A stretch of 64,000 nucleotides of DNA from a virus. The stretch is taken from positions 26,889-90,888 of the IMG/VR virus record IMGVR_UViG_3300045922_000167, one strand, 5' to 3'. The notes under the pieces are model-generated. The model did not search any database, was not told the origin of the DNA, and worked only from the letters and a program-made list of their open reading frames with translations. The position numbers were made by a program, and so were the translations under genes. Each line of letters begins with the position of its first letter. Within the stretch, counting starts at the first letter, position 1. Positions 1-10,385 of this stretch are shown here, in pieces.

Positions 1-166
1 GATCTAATGGGGCAGGAGCAGCAATAGTACCAGCACCATCTTCAATGATAGTGTTATTTAATTTATCTGGAGATAGTGCAGCAAGTGCAGCTACACCTGG
101 TTTGCTAAGTTGATCTTCAACGTTTACTACAAGAAGATCTAAATACCGTTCTGGTTTGTAAGACAT
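1..166 (-). CDS. 5' part of a probable virion structural protein (runs off window start)
   Basis: ATG at 166, open frame MSYKPERYLDLLVVNVEDQLSKPG... to the edge; A/T-rich start context; lies in the head operon. Confidence 0.6.
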   Translation of the reverse strand, partial: MSYKPERYLDLLVVNVEDQLSKPGVAALAALSPDKLNNTIIEDGAGTIAAPAPLD

Positions 167-253
167 AATGTTATAAGTTATTTATTGTTTAGACGTTATT
201 TATTGTTTAGTTACTAAAAGTTTTTCTGTACTCTTACACTTCACTGAGAGATA

Positions 254-976
254 CTACTCATTCAAAGCGTAATCTAATTGAGCAAAAGATTGAGTTCTTG
301 GGTTTTGTATGTATTCTAATAATTTCAACGTAGCTGTATTAACAATTTCTTGATGTAGATGATCTGGTAATTCACAGTCTTTACTTTCTATTAAACTAAT
401 ACGATTAGGATATCTTAAATAAGTAAAATAGTAAGTTAAAGAATTAAAAACACTTAAAGGATCTTTACCAAAATACATTTCTACAAATTCTTCAGAAAAT
501 AACAACTTTGGTTCTTTAGGAGTAGGCTTCCAAAAAGGATCACTCATTAAAGTAGCAAAGTCATCATGTTGCGTTTGTCTAGGCCAAATACTATAAAACT
601 TTCCTATACAATTTTTATCTTCTACAACAAAATAACTTTTTAAGTAAAACATATATCGTTCAGATAATCTTGAATTATCTGATTTTAACACGTATTTACC
701 TAAAGCTACGTTAGATTCATCTTTAATAAACTTATCAAATGGTATTACATCAGTTACAACTAATGTACGTAGGTCATCAGTTCTTTTCTGATTTTGTTCA
801 AATCCTTTTTTATTAGTATTTGGATTACCATTATAATAAGTTTTAACTACAGTTAATTGAGAATCTGTAAGTATATCGTCTAATTCTTTTGTTTGAAAAG
901 ACGGCACTTGAAAACTAGATACGTTATCAAGTTTTAATCGTAATAAATTGTGCATTTCAAGTGCCGTCATTTTCAA
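254..976 (-). CDS. head-tail ring/adaptor protein (crAss-like)
   Basis: N-term MxAxEMHxxLRLKLDxxSS, GFEQNQKRTDDLRTLV, C-term YLRYP...CELPDHLHQEIVNTA typical of crAss-like ring proteins; downstream of MCP. Confidence 0.65.
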   Translation of the reverse strand: MKMTALEMHNLLRLKLDNVSSFQVPSFQTKELDDILTDSQLTVVKTYYNGNPNTNKKGFEQNQKRTDDLRTLVVTDVIPFDKFIKDESNVALGKYVLKSDNSRLSERYMFYLKSYFVVEDKNCIGKFYSIWPRQTQHDDFATLMSDPFWKPTPKEPKLLFSEEFVEMYFGKDPLSVFNSLTYYFTYLRYPNRISLIESKDCELPDHLHQEIVNTATLKLLEYIQNPRTQSFAQLDYALNE

Positions 977-1945
977 TTAAAAATTAGATAGTTTATTGGC
1001 TTCTAACTCTTTTTTCCAATTATCTACATAAGTAGCATTATTCGGATTACGAATAAACTTAATTAATTCCTCTTCGTTTACGAATCTACGTTCCGAATTA
1101 GAATGTTTAATTTCTCCATCTATTCGTATAAATACGTTATAAAAGAACAATTCAGCTAACAATATTTTATTATCTAAATTTGGATCATTTAGTAACTTTT
1201 CTATTTGGAGCATGTTGGTATCAACTTGCGTATAGAAAAATTGACGTAATTGATCTGGTTCTAATTCTAATACATTCATTTCCATTACAATACCCAGTCG
1301 TTTAATTTCTGAGTCTGTAAAGTTTTTAATTCTGTACTTCAATTCAATCTTAGTTTCTTCTCGATAAAGTTGTTTAGTTACTACAGCTTTTTCATCTACG
1401 ACTTTAAATCGTACATTTTGAGAAAGCATGTCAGCATCAACTTCATCTTCAATAAAAGCAACTAAAGGACTATATTTAAGCAACAAATATTTAATTACAC
1501 TTTCTGGATCACTTTCAGTTACGTACAAATCAACTCCGTTATTCTCTATATTCCAATAGTATGGTGTTTTATCTAAATCTTTAGATTTGTACTTAGTAAA
1601 AAATACATAAGGTTCAGATTCATTATATCTTTCTTTTATGTAGTTTTTAACTATAGGATACAATGGATCTCGTTCCATAGCTAAGTACATACCATTATTA
1701 CCAGGCGCTAACGAAGCCGTAATAGTACAGTATCCTATGAACTTATTAGATACTGGACGTACTTTCAACAATTTATTAAAAGGGTTATTTATTATAGAAG
1801 TGATTCGTTCGCTTGCGGGTCGTAATCCTTGTTCAGCGATACTATCTCTTAATGTAATTGTAGCTTCATTAAACGGTGCATGTTGTACGTCTTCAGACGA
1901 AACAGTTTGGGTGTAAGCTGGTGCTGTAAACGTTGATTTAGCCAT
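977..1945 (-). CDS. conserved crAss-like head-module protein of unknown function
   Basis: 322 aa immediately downstream of MCP; C-term NEEELIKFIRNPNN resembles the conserved gene at this position in crAss-like phages. Confidence 0.5.
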   Translation of the reverse strand: MAKSTFTAPAYTQTVSSEDVQHAPFNEATITLRDSIAEQGLRPASERITSIINNPFNKLLKVRPVSNKFIGYCTITASLAPGNNGMYLAMERDPLYPIVKNYIKERYNESEPYVFFTKYKSKDLDKTPYYWNIENNGVDLYVTESDPESVIKYLLLKYSPLVAFIEDEVDADMLSQNVRFKVVDEKAVVTKQLYREETKIELKYRIKNFTDSEIKRLGIVMEMNVLELEPDQLRQFFYTQVDTNMLQIEKLLNDPNLDNKILLAELFFYNVFIRIDGEIKHSNSERRFVNEEELIKFIRNPNNATYVDNWKKELEANKLSNF

Positions 1946-1977
1946 ATGCGTGTTTAATTAATTAGTTCTTTGTTTTG

Positions 1978-3480
1978 TTAATAGTAAATAGATGGTAAAA
2001 TCATACCAGATGTGTATGGTTGACGCAACACTAACATAGATTCAGTCAAGTGGTGTATTTCCCAACCGTCAACTGAATGTGCAGCGTATGGTAATGCACT
2101 CTTACCACGTGGTTGGTCCATACCTGGAATATAACGTACTATATGTGCTGCATTCTTTTCGTTATCACCACGAGTATACACTTGAAGGTTAGATAAACCA
2201 TTACTTAATGGAGAAGTATCTAAGATAATACCACGATAAGATTCTAATGTTTTACCTGTACGTGGGTGACGTGAATGACCAAACTTAAGTACATTACTCC
2301 ACATCCAGTTTACTTGGAGTTTTAGTTTACAGCCAAATAAACCATGAAATTCCATGTACTCAGCGTAGTCATAAGAATACTTGTTATCTCCTTTATCTTT
2401 AGAGAACTGGTTAAAGTTCAATTTATTTGCAATGACATACCCACGTATAGCATTTACAATTTCTTTGTATAATTCTACACCGCAAATTAAAGTCATTTCA
2501 CGACCATCGTTAGTTTCTGAGTTAGCTAACATAGCGTAAACCATGTCTTGTAACCACTCTACGCTAACCATATTTGAACCAGGTACATAATTGATAATCG
2601 TAGAATATTTTAACTGTTCGATAAGACCAGAACCCATACGTACTGGACGTCCGTCTACGTCATATAAGTGAGTAGAGCCAGTAGCGTCCATTGAAGACTG
2701 ACCGTACAAATAAGCTAATTCAAGCATTTCACGCCATTGGATATCAAACTGGCGCATAGCTTCATATTCCCAAAAACGTTTACTACCACTTTGACCTTTG
2801 AATTCAAGTACGGTTACTTGCATGTCAGCACTACGAGACATACCACGTGCCATACGCATGATAGTAAAGTAGTTCTCAAACGCAGTTGGGTATTGTACGT
2901 AGCTGTAACCTTTGTCAGATAATTCTGGATTAGAGTTGTAGAGTAGCGAAAACTCCGCACCAGGCTGCATATCAAATACTGGGTGAAGACCTTCATTCTT
3001 CTTCAGCATTTGAGCTTTGTAAATGTATTTATTACCACTGCGTTCAGGTTCGCCATAGATGCGGAATTGTCTCTGCATAGGCGACTGAACAATCTGATTT
3101 GGCTTAAAGTAATTGTCTTCAAAAGCAATTTCAAATATCTGACCACCAAATCCGTTAGAGCTAGCGTTAAGTACGCTATTACCATTTGTAGCACGTACGG
3201 GTAAAGAAGTACTACGTACCAAACGACCTAATGGACCTTGAATGAACCATTGTACGCGGTCGTTATTGATTAACGTACCTTTACCTAATGAAGCAGCTCC
3301 AGATACTTTGTTTTTACCAATTGTTAACCCAGTAAGTGGGAATTTGTTTTGGTACATGTACGCCAAAACAGTGTTGATTTCAGGCGCTTTCATCAAATGC
3401 GCCGATAAGTGTTTGTCTTCAGTAAAGTTATCGGTCCATTGAGCGGTACCTACAATCTTACTTTCCATTACATTACTCAT
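1978..3480 (-). CDS. major capsid protein
   Basis: 500 aa after portal and scaffold; motifs NYFTIMR, GRPVRMGSGLIEQL, HPRTGKTLESYR, YIPGM...DGWEIHHLTE as in crAss-like MCPs; biased codon usage. Confidence 0.85.
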   Translation of the reverse strand: MSNVMESKIVGTAQWTDNFTEDKHLSAHLMKAPEINTVLAYMYQNKFPLTGLTIGKNKVSGAASLGKGTLINNDRVQWFIQGPLGRLVRSTSLPVRATNGNSVLNASSNGFGGQIFEIAFEDNYFKPNQIVQSPMQRQFRIYGEPERSGNKYIYKAQMLKKNEGLHPVFDMQPGAEFSLLYNSNPELSDKGYSYVQYPTAFENYFTIMRMARGMSRSADMQVTVLEFKGQSGSKRFWEYEAMRQFDIQWREMLELAYLYGQSSMDATGSTHLYDVDGRPVRMGSGLIEQLKYSTIINYVPGSNMVSVEWLQDMVYAMLANSETNDGREMTLICGVELYKEIVNAIRGYVIANKLNFNQFSKDKGDNKYSYDYAEYMEFHGLFGCKLKLQVNWMWSNVLKFGHSRHPRTGKTLESYRGIILDTSPLSNGLSNLQVYTRGDNEKNAAHIVRYIPGMDQPRGKSALPYAAHSVDGWEIHHLTESMLVLRQPYTSGMILPSIYY

Positions 3481-3496
3481 AGTTATTGTAGTTTAT

Positions 3497-4663
3497 TTAA
3501 AGTGTTATATCGTTTTTATTACTTAGTTTAAGAGGTGCAAAAAACATATCAACTTCATCTACTTCCATACTTTTTAGATTAGTAGGACGATTGGATGATT
3601 TATCTGCGTATTTACCTAAATTAGATATTGATCTAAACATTTCTTTTTTAGTATTTGTCGTTGCAGACTTAGTTAAATCTTTTTTAAGTTTTTCTATATC
3701 CCAATTGTATTTAGCGCCAATCATACTAATAAAAGCTACTTTTGTAGGATCAGACATATCTATATCTATCATACTCTCACCTTCTTCATTAACTGGTTCA
3801 AATACGTATCTGTAGATATTTTCAGCATCTACTTTTGATACGCTTAATCCGTTAATAGCTTTTACTGCATTTAAAGAATTCCAAAAGTTTGTTTGAAAAT
3901 TTTTAGTTCTTTCTTCAAACTCACGTAATTGAGTCTGACGTTGTCTTTCAATTTCATTTATTCTTTCAGCTTCCGCAGCAGCATACTGTTGACGTATTCT
4001 TTCTGCTTGTCGTTCAAGTAATCCCTGTTCGTCTTGAACAGCTATCATAGTTTCAATTTCTTCAGGTGTAATTCCAGGTTGAGTTTGCGCTAACCACATA
4101 CCATAAACTTCTGCATCACTATAATTCTGAAGCGTATTAGTAGCATTTTGCAAACTCATTATAAACTCTTCTTCACTACCACCATTACGTACAAATTGTT
4201 CCATTCGTTGCGCTAAAGAAGAAGCATATCTAGGTGTAGCACTTGTTTCTATAATAGAATCTAAAACTTTGAATATACCTTCTTCATCTCTAATCATGCT
4301 TTCATAGTTATCATCGTCTATTTGAAGACCATAACGTTCCATGATTGCAGGTATAAAAGTTTTATTAGCTATTACATAATCTTCTTCTTCTACTTCGTTA
4401 TTATTATTTTTAGATGAATATGAGTACTCAGTGGTTGATGAAGAGCTTAAAAAATTTTTAGATTTTTCTACTTCTCGTTCTTTCTTTTCATTTTCATCCT
4501 CATCTTCATCATCTAAACGAATATTATCTAATTTAGGAATTGGTTTACTAGGCGTAAATTCATCATCGTCTACTTCTAATAAATCTGCGCCTTGTTTTTG
4601 CGTTAAAGGGGCAAAGAAATCATCATCTTGCTCTTCAACATTATTTTGTACTAATCTTGCCAT
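3497..4663 (-). CDS. capsid scaffolding/assembly protein
   Basis: Acidic N-term and coiled coil, between portal and MCP; FFAPL motif at both ends. Confidence 0.6.
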   Translation of the reverse strand: MARLVQNNVEEQDDDFFAPLTQKQGADLLEVDDDEFTPSKPIPKLDNIRLDDEDEDENEKKEREVEKSKNFLSSSSTTEYSYSSKNNNNEVEEEDYVIANKTFIPAIMERYGLQIDDDNYESMIRDEEGIFKVLDSIIETSATPRYASSLAQRMEQFVRNGGSEEEFIMSLQNATNTLQNYSDAEVYGMWLAQTQPGITPEEIETMIAVQDEQGLLERQAERIRQQYAAAEAERINEIERQRQTQLREFEERTKNFQTNFWNSLNAVKAINGLSVSKVDAENIYRYVFEPVNEEGESMIDIDMSDPTKVAFISMIGAKYNWDIEKLKKDLTKSATTNTKKEMFRSISNLGKYADKSSNRPTNLKSMEVDEVDMFFAPLKLSNKNDITL

Positions 4664-4688
4664 GTTTGTGTTTGTTAATTGTTGTTAA

Positions 4689-4916
4689 TTAAAATCGTAA
4701 TCCACGCTTAGCTTTTAATCTAGCATTAAACGTTCTTGATAACTCAGAACGAATATAACCACCTGTACGCATTTGAGGTGGAGCTTGTTCGATAGGAGCA
4801 CCTTGTTGCATTCCACCTTGTTGGTGCATTTGTAATACTTGGCTAGCTGCTTGTATTAACATTTGTAATTCTTCAGGCGACATTTGTTGTAACGCCTGCA
4901 TCATTTGTTCTTCCAT
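4689..4916 (-). CDS. small Gln-rich virion-associated protein
   Basis: 75 aa, Q/M-rich with MRTGGYI motif and basic C-term; in head operon. Confidence 0.55.
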   Translation of the reverse strand: MEEQMMQALQQMSPEELQMLIQAASQVLQMHQQGGMQQGAPIEQAPPQMRTGGYIRSELSRTFNARLKAKRGLRF

Positions 4917-4952
4917 TTTACGAGTTAATTATGGTAATTTAATTCTGCTAAA

Positions 4953-7349
4953 TTAATCTTCTAATTCTTCATTTTCGTTATCTTCTTCAATTTTTTCTTT
5001 TAATTTTTTCGTATTCTTTTCTAATTTTTTGTTTACTTGTTTATTAATACTATCTTCTTCAGATTGCTTTTCTTTTATTTGTTTAATTGTCTCAGTATAA
5101 TATTGTTGGCGTTCGTTAATTTCCGCAACTATTATTTTCGTTTTGTTATCCTCATTTGTTTTCCAAGTATTAAATTGTATTTCTTTTTCTTTCATTTCTT
5201 TTTCCCAATTAAGTTGTTCTTGCTGTATTTTAGCTTCCATTTCTTGTTGTTTTTGTAACATTTCTTCTTTTCTCTTGAAAATAGCATTCATCTTTTCTTT
5301 CATTCCTGTAATGCTAGTTTCTTGTAAAACTTGTAATATATCAGCTAACGTTACTTGACCTGATTGAACCGACATAGCTATGTATTCGTCAAGTTTTCTT
5401 TGTATTTGAGCTAATCTACTATCATCATCTACATGTACTCCAAAGTCATAAAATGTCATATCACCAGGAAGTATACGTATCATTTTAACATTACCATCTC
5501 CTATCGCATATTGACTTTTATAACCGTACTCATCATAAACTTCTTTAGCTGTATTTAATAATCCAGTTATTACAGATTTTTTAGCTTGTTGATGATGAGC
5601 AAATAAGTACTGAGTAATATAATTAGATTGTTCTCTATTAGATACTGTAGCAGTAGCAGTTTGACCTGGATCATTAGCAGCACCTTGCCGTTCCTTATTA
5701 ACTCCACATAATCTTTCCCATTCTGATAATACATACTGCATTAAAGCTATGTAAACTTCAGCAGATTGACTTAAAGTTAAGTCTACTGTAGTCCATTGGT
5801 TGTACGTACTTGGCATACCAGATTCGCTTATTTGTGTAGTATCTACAAACAAAGCTCCATCTGTGTGAGCATGGTAAAGAATATCCGCAGGAGTCATTCC
5901 CTTAGATGTAGGTATTTGAGCTAAGTCAAGTACTACAAATTTACCTTTAGCTTGAGCTATTGTCATCTCAAGTCTGTACATAAGTATATTGTACAGTATT
6001 TGGTATACTTTTCCGTTATTTACGAAACTAGAAAGAAAGTTATTCTTATTACCTCGCCATATTCCTCTAAATCCTAACTCTACGTCATTAGGATTCATAT
6101 ACTTTCTATTTTGTACTTTTTTAGGACGTATGTATGGATATATACTAGGTCCAATACGAACTCCCTCCCATACTTCATTTAACCATCTTTTCTTCTTTTT
6201 ATCTCCAGGTTTTTCTTCATATTTAGATATATGTTCAAAAGAAGGTACATCTTCTTTAACTTCTTTACCATCGTAATAATATTCACAACTTCCATCTTCA
6301 CGTTCTACTTCAACAACTAATCTTTGTGATACCCATTCTGTACAATGTACTAATACGCTTAATTCGTTATTTTCAATACGGAACATTCCGTTCCAAATTC
6401 CCATAAAATTTGTACTTGCTATTGATCCTCCAGCTGGATACGCATTATTTGGAGAAGTAGCAAAATTCGCTAATTCTTCAACAGCTTCATCATCTAAATC
6501 ATCTCCATATGCTTCCAGTATATCAGACATTGTCATCCATCTATCTTCACATGCCATTAAAGCATCATGGATATATATACTATGTTGAGGTTTAGAACAC
6601 CAGAAATTCGCTGGATTAATTACTCTTAGTACAATATTTTTATCATATACGTCTATTTTATATATTTCTCTAGACGTAATTAAATAATCTAAGAATCCTT
6701 CTGCTGCTTTATATCTAAATTCAGTCTTGTAGTACAAATCGTCTAATAAGTCAGTAGCTAATTTTTCTATAGAAAGTTTACCATTTCCTTTCATGTAGGC
6801 ATTATATTCTTCTATAACACCTTCGTAATTATTTTGTATTTCAATTCCAAACTGTTGTTTAAGTTGTTCAACAGTATTTTTCATATATGCTGCTACTTGA
6901 CCTTGAATTTCAATATTCAATTTCTCATCAGCAACTTCAGGATTAACACCATACGCATAATACGAAAAAGGACGTAATTGTTCTTCACCTACTAGTACAT
7001 CAACTACTGGTTTAATTATATTATAATTACGTAGTTTAGCTGGAAATTGAAATTTCTCTCCTAAAGGTTGCGTTACGTACTTATATTCATCTTGATCAAA
7101 ATCTCCATTGTACAATGAGTACATATATCTAGCAAATAACTTTTCATTTAGATTTAAGTTATTTGACCAAACAGTTGCACTATTTGCAAAACCTATAATA
7201 GCATTTACGCAAGCCTTTTCCCAATCTTCTACACTTCCATATTTATCTATCTTTTGCTTTGTTGTTAACGTCTGAATAGGAAATGATGTAATCGTATAAC
7301 TACTGTCAGTGTTAAACGGATTACCAGATGTACCATATTTAGTAGCCAT
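4953..7349 (-). CDS. portal protein
   Basis: 798 aa next to TerL; FPAKLRNYNIIKPVVDVLVGEE, WLNEVWEGVRIG, CGVNKERQG, C-terminal coiled coil, all typical of crAss-like portals. Confidence 0.88.
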   Translation of the reverse strand: MATKYGTSGNPFNTDSSYTITSFPIQTLTTKQKIDKYGSVEDWEKACVNAIIGFANSATVWSNNLNLNEKLFARYMYSLYNGDFDQDEYKYVTQPLGEKFQFPAKLRNYNIIKPVVDVLVGEEQLRPFSYYAYGVNPEVADEKLNIEIQGQVAAYMKNTVEQLKQQFGIEIQNNYEGVIEEYNAYMKGNGKLSIEKLATDLLDDLYYKTEFRYKAAEGFLDYLITSREIYKIDVYDKNIVLRVINPANFWCSKPQHSIYIHDALMACEDRWMTMSDILEAYGDDLDDEAVEELANFATSPNNAYPAGGSIASTNFMGIWNGMFRIENNELSVLVHCTEWVSQRLVVEVEREDGSCEYYYDGKEVKEDVPSFEHISKYEEKPGDKKKKRWLNEVWEGVRIGPSIYPYIRPKKVQNRKYMNPNDVELGFRGIWRGNKNNFLSSFVNNGKVYQILYNILMYRLEMTIAQAKGKFVVLDLAQIPTSKGMTPADILYHAHTDGALFVDTTQISESGMPSTYNQWTTVDLTLSQSAEVYIALMQYVLSEWERLCGVNKERQGAANDPGQTATATVSNREQSNYITQYLFAHHQQAKKSVITGLLNTAKEVYDEYGYKSQYAIGDGNVKMIRILPGDMTFYDFGVHVDDDSRLAQIQRKLDEYIAMSVQSGQVTLADILQVLQETSITGMKEKMNAIFKRKEEMLQKQQEMEAKIQQEQLNWEKEMKEKEIQFNTWKTNEDNKTKIIVAEINERQQYYTETIKQIKEKQSEEDSINKQVNKKLEKNTKKLKEKIEEDNENEELED

Positions 7350-9630
7350 ACTTAGTCGTATTTTTAATAAATTCCAAATTTAATCTATTAACTAATTCTT
7401 GCCTTGTTTCTGCATCATTTTTTTCTAAAATTTCTGTAACGTAAGGTACTCTTTGCAGTACTCCGTTTACAAATTCAAACCTAGAAAATTCTCTTTGAGA
7501 TGGAGCTATTTGTTGGTATTTCTTTATTTGCTCTAAATGCCATTTGTATAGTAGCGTAATACCAGCTGCCATTACAGCATCAAAGTTCTTTGCAGGATCT
7601 GGATCATATTTCGCTAATTCCGATAATAACTCCACAGAATAAATTTTATCACAATGATCTTCTACGTATGCTTGTAATGTAAGTAGTAACTTTTCCTTAA
7701 TTGGTGTAGTCATCGGAAGACCATAACGTTTAGATCTAATAGCTTTTGAATCAGGTACTATTGATTTAATCAATTGTACGGGTTGTACTATTAGTTTATG
7801 TAGCCAACCATGAAATTGAAATCTTTCGTACATATTATTACCTGAATCTTCATGTAATACTCTGGTATTATAGTAGTTTAATAACTTATAGACGTTGTAA
7901 TAAAATTCATCTTGAGTAGGTGGTCTATCTATATATTCTGCTACGATTGCATTTGAAAACTTATCGTCATCAATTCCAGTAGAGTTTTTAAAAATAAACA
8001 AAGCACCTTTCGAATCAGACGTAGACTGATCATAGTTATACGGATCACATCCAGCTGAATACGTAGTTAGCTCTACATTCTTTACAGGATGTTCGTACAC
8101 TTTGAACTTACCTGTACGACTAGGCACCCAGACGTATTGACCGTTTTCCTCTTTTATATCTCCACGCTGTTCCACTGAGTAATACTCCTTCAACGTCTTT
8201 AGCTTAGATAACTGTTCGTTAATCAAAGCTAAGTTGAACATATTTCCTCTCGTAATTAAGAATGCGTCTTTAGGTACGATAGGACGATACTGAAGTTCCG
8301 AGTACAATACTTTCCTATCAGGTTGCTTAGCTTTCTTTTGTCTTGTTTTTACTAAGTAGTCTAAAGCATCCTTGTAGTTTGTTACTTGAATGATAGTATT
8401 CGTTAATAGTTTATTTAACGCTTCAGTGACTATTAAACTCTTTGGGGTTAAGGCCCCAAGACTCATCCTACTATCATCATTCCTACTACTATCATTCGTA
8501 CTACTAGTACTACCATCATTCGTACTCCTATCATTCGTACTATTATCATTTGTAGTACTTAACTCATTTACGTCATTTTCGTTAGCTAACGATTCCAAAT
8601 TTTGTGCTACGTTAGGAACGTAATTTTCATCCTTAGCGTCTTTGAACTTATACTTCGTTATACATAATGAATTTACGTTATTTGACCTCTTGTTCGTTAG
8701 GAACTCCTTTAACGTTTTAGGACTTTTCTTCTGGTTTATACAATATTGTGCGGGAATGAACACACTAAATCTACCACGTTCTTCTACGTCATTCTCATCT
8801 ACAAACCTACTATCAAACGAAATCAAGTTATAATTGTCTGGATTGTAAAACATCGTACAAAAATCAGCTGTACCTTTCTCCATATCACCACCCGTACCTA
8901 TGATAATCGGTATACCTATCTGGGTATCGCCTGACATCCAACATTCCGTAGACGCATTGTAACATTCAATTAGATTTTTGTGCTTACCAGCTTCCTCAAA
9001 TATGTGAATTCTAGGACGTGTACCGTTAGCTGCCATTACGTTATTAGCGTAATTTCGTATCCAGATGATAGATTGATTACCTCTGATGGATTCTACGCCA
9101 CGTTCGTCCTTTACTTTATATCCAGATACTACCTGTTTGTTCCAATCTTCCTTTATATACTGTTGTTTTAACTCAGGCGGTAAGTCAGATAAGCCTATAC
9201 GTAACTTAGTTACAAAATTCACTAAGTCATTTTCTTCTCCAGCTGATATTAAATTCTGCTGATTCGCAAAAAACGTAAAGATATGAGCTATTTTAGCTGT
9301 CATAGAGTACGTTTTACCTGCACCACGTCCAGTAACTAAGCACATTCCTTTACGTTCTCTAGCTGCTTTAGCTACACATTCAAAAATATACCAATCTAAA
9401 TCACGTAAAGTAGGTAATCCTTTTGTCTTACCAGTCATTTTAGCGTTATCTACTTCCATCATCCAGAAGTTTGTGTAGAAAAATAAGTCTCCTGGGTAGT
9501 GGAAGCCATCTATCGTAATACCGTTCCTACAGTAATCTATTACTTCCTTCCAAAAAGGAAGATATTCAATAGATTCCTTAGGAATCTTAGGCAATCCTTT
9601 ATCCTTAAATTCTGTAAATGAATTAATCAT
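7339..9630 (-). CDS. terL: terminase large subunit (with about 110-aa low-complexity insertion)
   Basis: Walker A GRGAGKTY, Walker B IFEEAG, GTGGDM motif, RNase H-like GCDPY and NFDAV; start moved to ATG 9630 instead of TTG 9681. Confidence 0.9.
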   Translation of the reverse strand: MINSFTEFKDKGLPKIPKESIEYLPFWKEVIDYCRNGITIDGFHYPGDLFFYTNFWMMEVDNAKMTGKTKGLPTLRDLDWYIFECVAKAARERKGMCLVTGRGAGKTYSMTAKIAHIFTFFANQQNLISAGEENDLVNFVTKLRIGLSDLPPELKQQYIKEDWNKQVVSGYKVKDERGVESIRGNQSIIWIRNYANNVMAANGTRPRIHIFEEAGKHKNLIECYNASTECWMSGDTQIGIPIIIGTGGDMEKGTADFCTMFYNPDNYNLISFDSRFVDENDVEERGRFSVFIPAQYCINQKKSPKTLKEFLTNKRSNNVNSLCITKYKFKDAKDENYVPNVAQNLESLANENDVNELSTTNDNSTNDRSTNDGSTSSTNDSSRNDDSRMSLGALTPKSLIVTEALNKLLTNTIIQVTNYKDALDYLVKTRQKKAKQPDRKVLYSELQYRPIVPKDAFLITRGNMFNLALINEQLSKLKTLKEYYSVEQRGDIKEENGQYVWVPSRTGKFKVYEHPVKNVELTTYSAGCDPYNYDQSTSDSKGALFIFKNSTGIDDDKFSNAIVAEYIDRPPTQDEFYYNVYKLLNYYNTRVLHEDSGNNMYERFQFHGWLHKLIVQPVQLIKSIVPDSKAIRSKRYGLPMTTPIKEKLLLTLQAYVEDHCDKIYSVELLSELAKYDPDPAKNFDAVMAAGITLLYKWHLEQIKKYQQIAPSQREFSRFEFVNGVLQRVPYVTEILEKNDAETRQELVNRLNLEFIKNTTKYGY

Positions 9631-9752
9631 AGACGTGTTATTATTACTCAGTGGTGTATGAGAGAGGATTAAAAAAAGCAACAGCGTTCGGTTCGTTCCT
9701 TTCGTAGCTTTTTTTTCTTTTTTCCCCCCTCTAATCTACCACTGAGTACTAG

Positions 9753-10352
9753 TTACTCATTATTTTGCTTTTCTAACATTCCTAATATACCAGATTCTAT
9801 TAACGATAATTCCGCATTACCTCTAGATTTACCTGTTTTCTTATTTTCTACTTCAGCTTTAAGTTTCTTACCTAATTCTATTACTTTATCTAACTTAGTC
9901 ATTACGGTAACTACTGCATCTATGTTTTCCATAGTACATACATTATTATCTAATACCATCTGAATTTCCTCTATTTTCCTAAAGTAGGAATCTACCATTC
10001 GTTGTTCAGGTGTTACAAGTAAAGGTTTAACTATTTCACAAAAAGATTTGTACGTAGGATTCGTCAAGTACTCTTCTAATTTCTGATTATTTTGAAATAG
10101 TATCTTCTTTACTTCGTTACATCTACTTTCGTACGGGTATTTATAATACGGAGAATCTGGATCTTCAGTTAACGCAAAGTACTGAAGTAACTTATATCCA
10201 ATTTCTTTTTGATTCCAAGTAATTGGTTTAGTTATATTAACTTCGTTATCCTTTAATTCTTTAGGTAACGCCAATAACTTGTGAGTTATAGGTAGCAATC
10301 TAAGTTGATACGTTAACTCCGCTTCTTGTGTGTGATTAAATTCAAATATCAT
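9753..10352 (-). CDS. putative terminase small subunit
   Basis: Helical protein directly upstream of terL with C-term KSRGNAELS; ATG 10352 follows a TATATTTG promoter. Confidence 0.45.
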   Translation of the reverse strand: MIFEFNHTQEAELTYQLRLLPITHKLLALPKELKDNEVNITKPITWNQKEIGYKLLQYFALTEDPDSPYYKYPYESRCNEVKKILFQNNQKLEEYLTNPTYKSFCEIVKPLLVTPEQRMVDSYFRKIEEIQMVLDNNVCTMENIDAVVTVMTKLDKVIELGKKLKAEVENKKTGKSRGNAELSLIESGILGMLEKQNNE

Positions 10353-10356
10353 ATTA

Positions 10357-10364
10357 CAAATATA
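10357..10364 (-). promoter_or_regulatory. Bacteroidota-type -7 promoter element (TATATTTG) for the packaging/head operon
   Basis: Matches TAnnTTTG, 4 nt before ATG 10352 (near-leaderless transcript). Confidence 0.65.
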
Positions 10365-10385
10365 CATAAGTAAATGAATTTATGT

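Noticed and set aside
8390-8725. Intein or intron in terL
   Set aside because: Frame is continuous, with no Cys/Ser start plus His-Asn end and no homing-endonuclease motif; the insert is low-complexity
2737-9171. Short plus-strand ORFs antisense to head genes (and similar antisense ORFs elsewhere, e.g. 44386-44880, 36173-36535)
   Set aside because: Shadow frames of well-supported genes with no independent start signals or motifs
10353-10367. Track start MYICN for the 9753 ORF
   Set aside because: These codons coincide with the TATATTTG promoter element; ATG 10352 is the more plausible start
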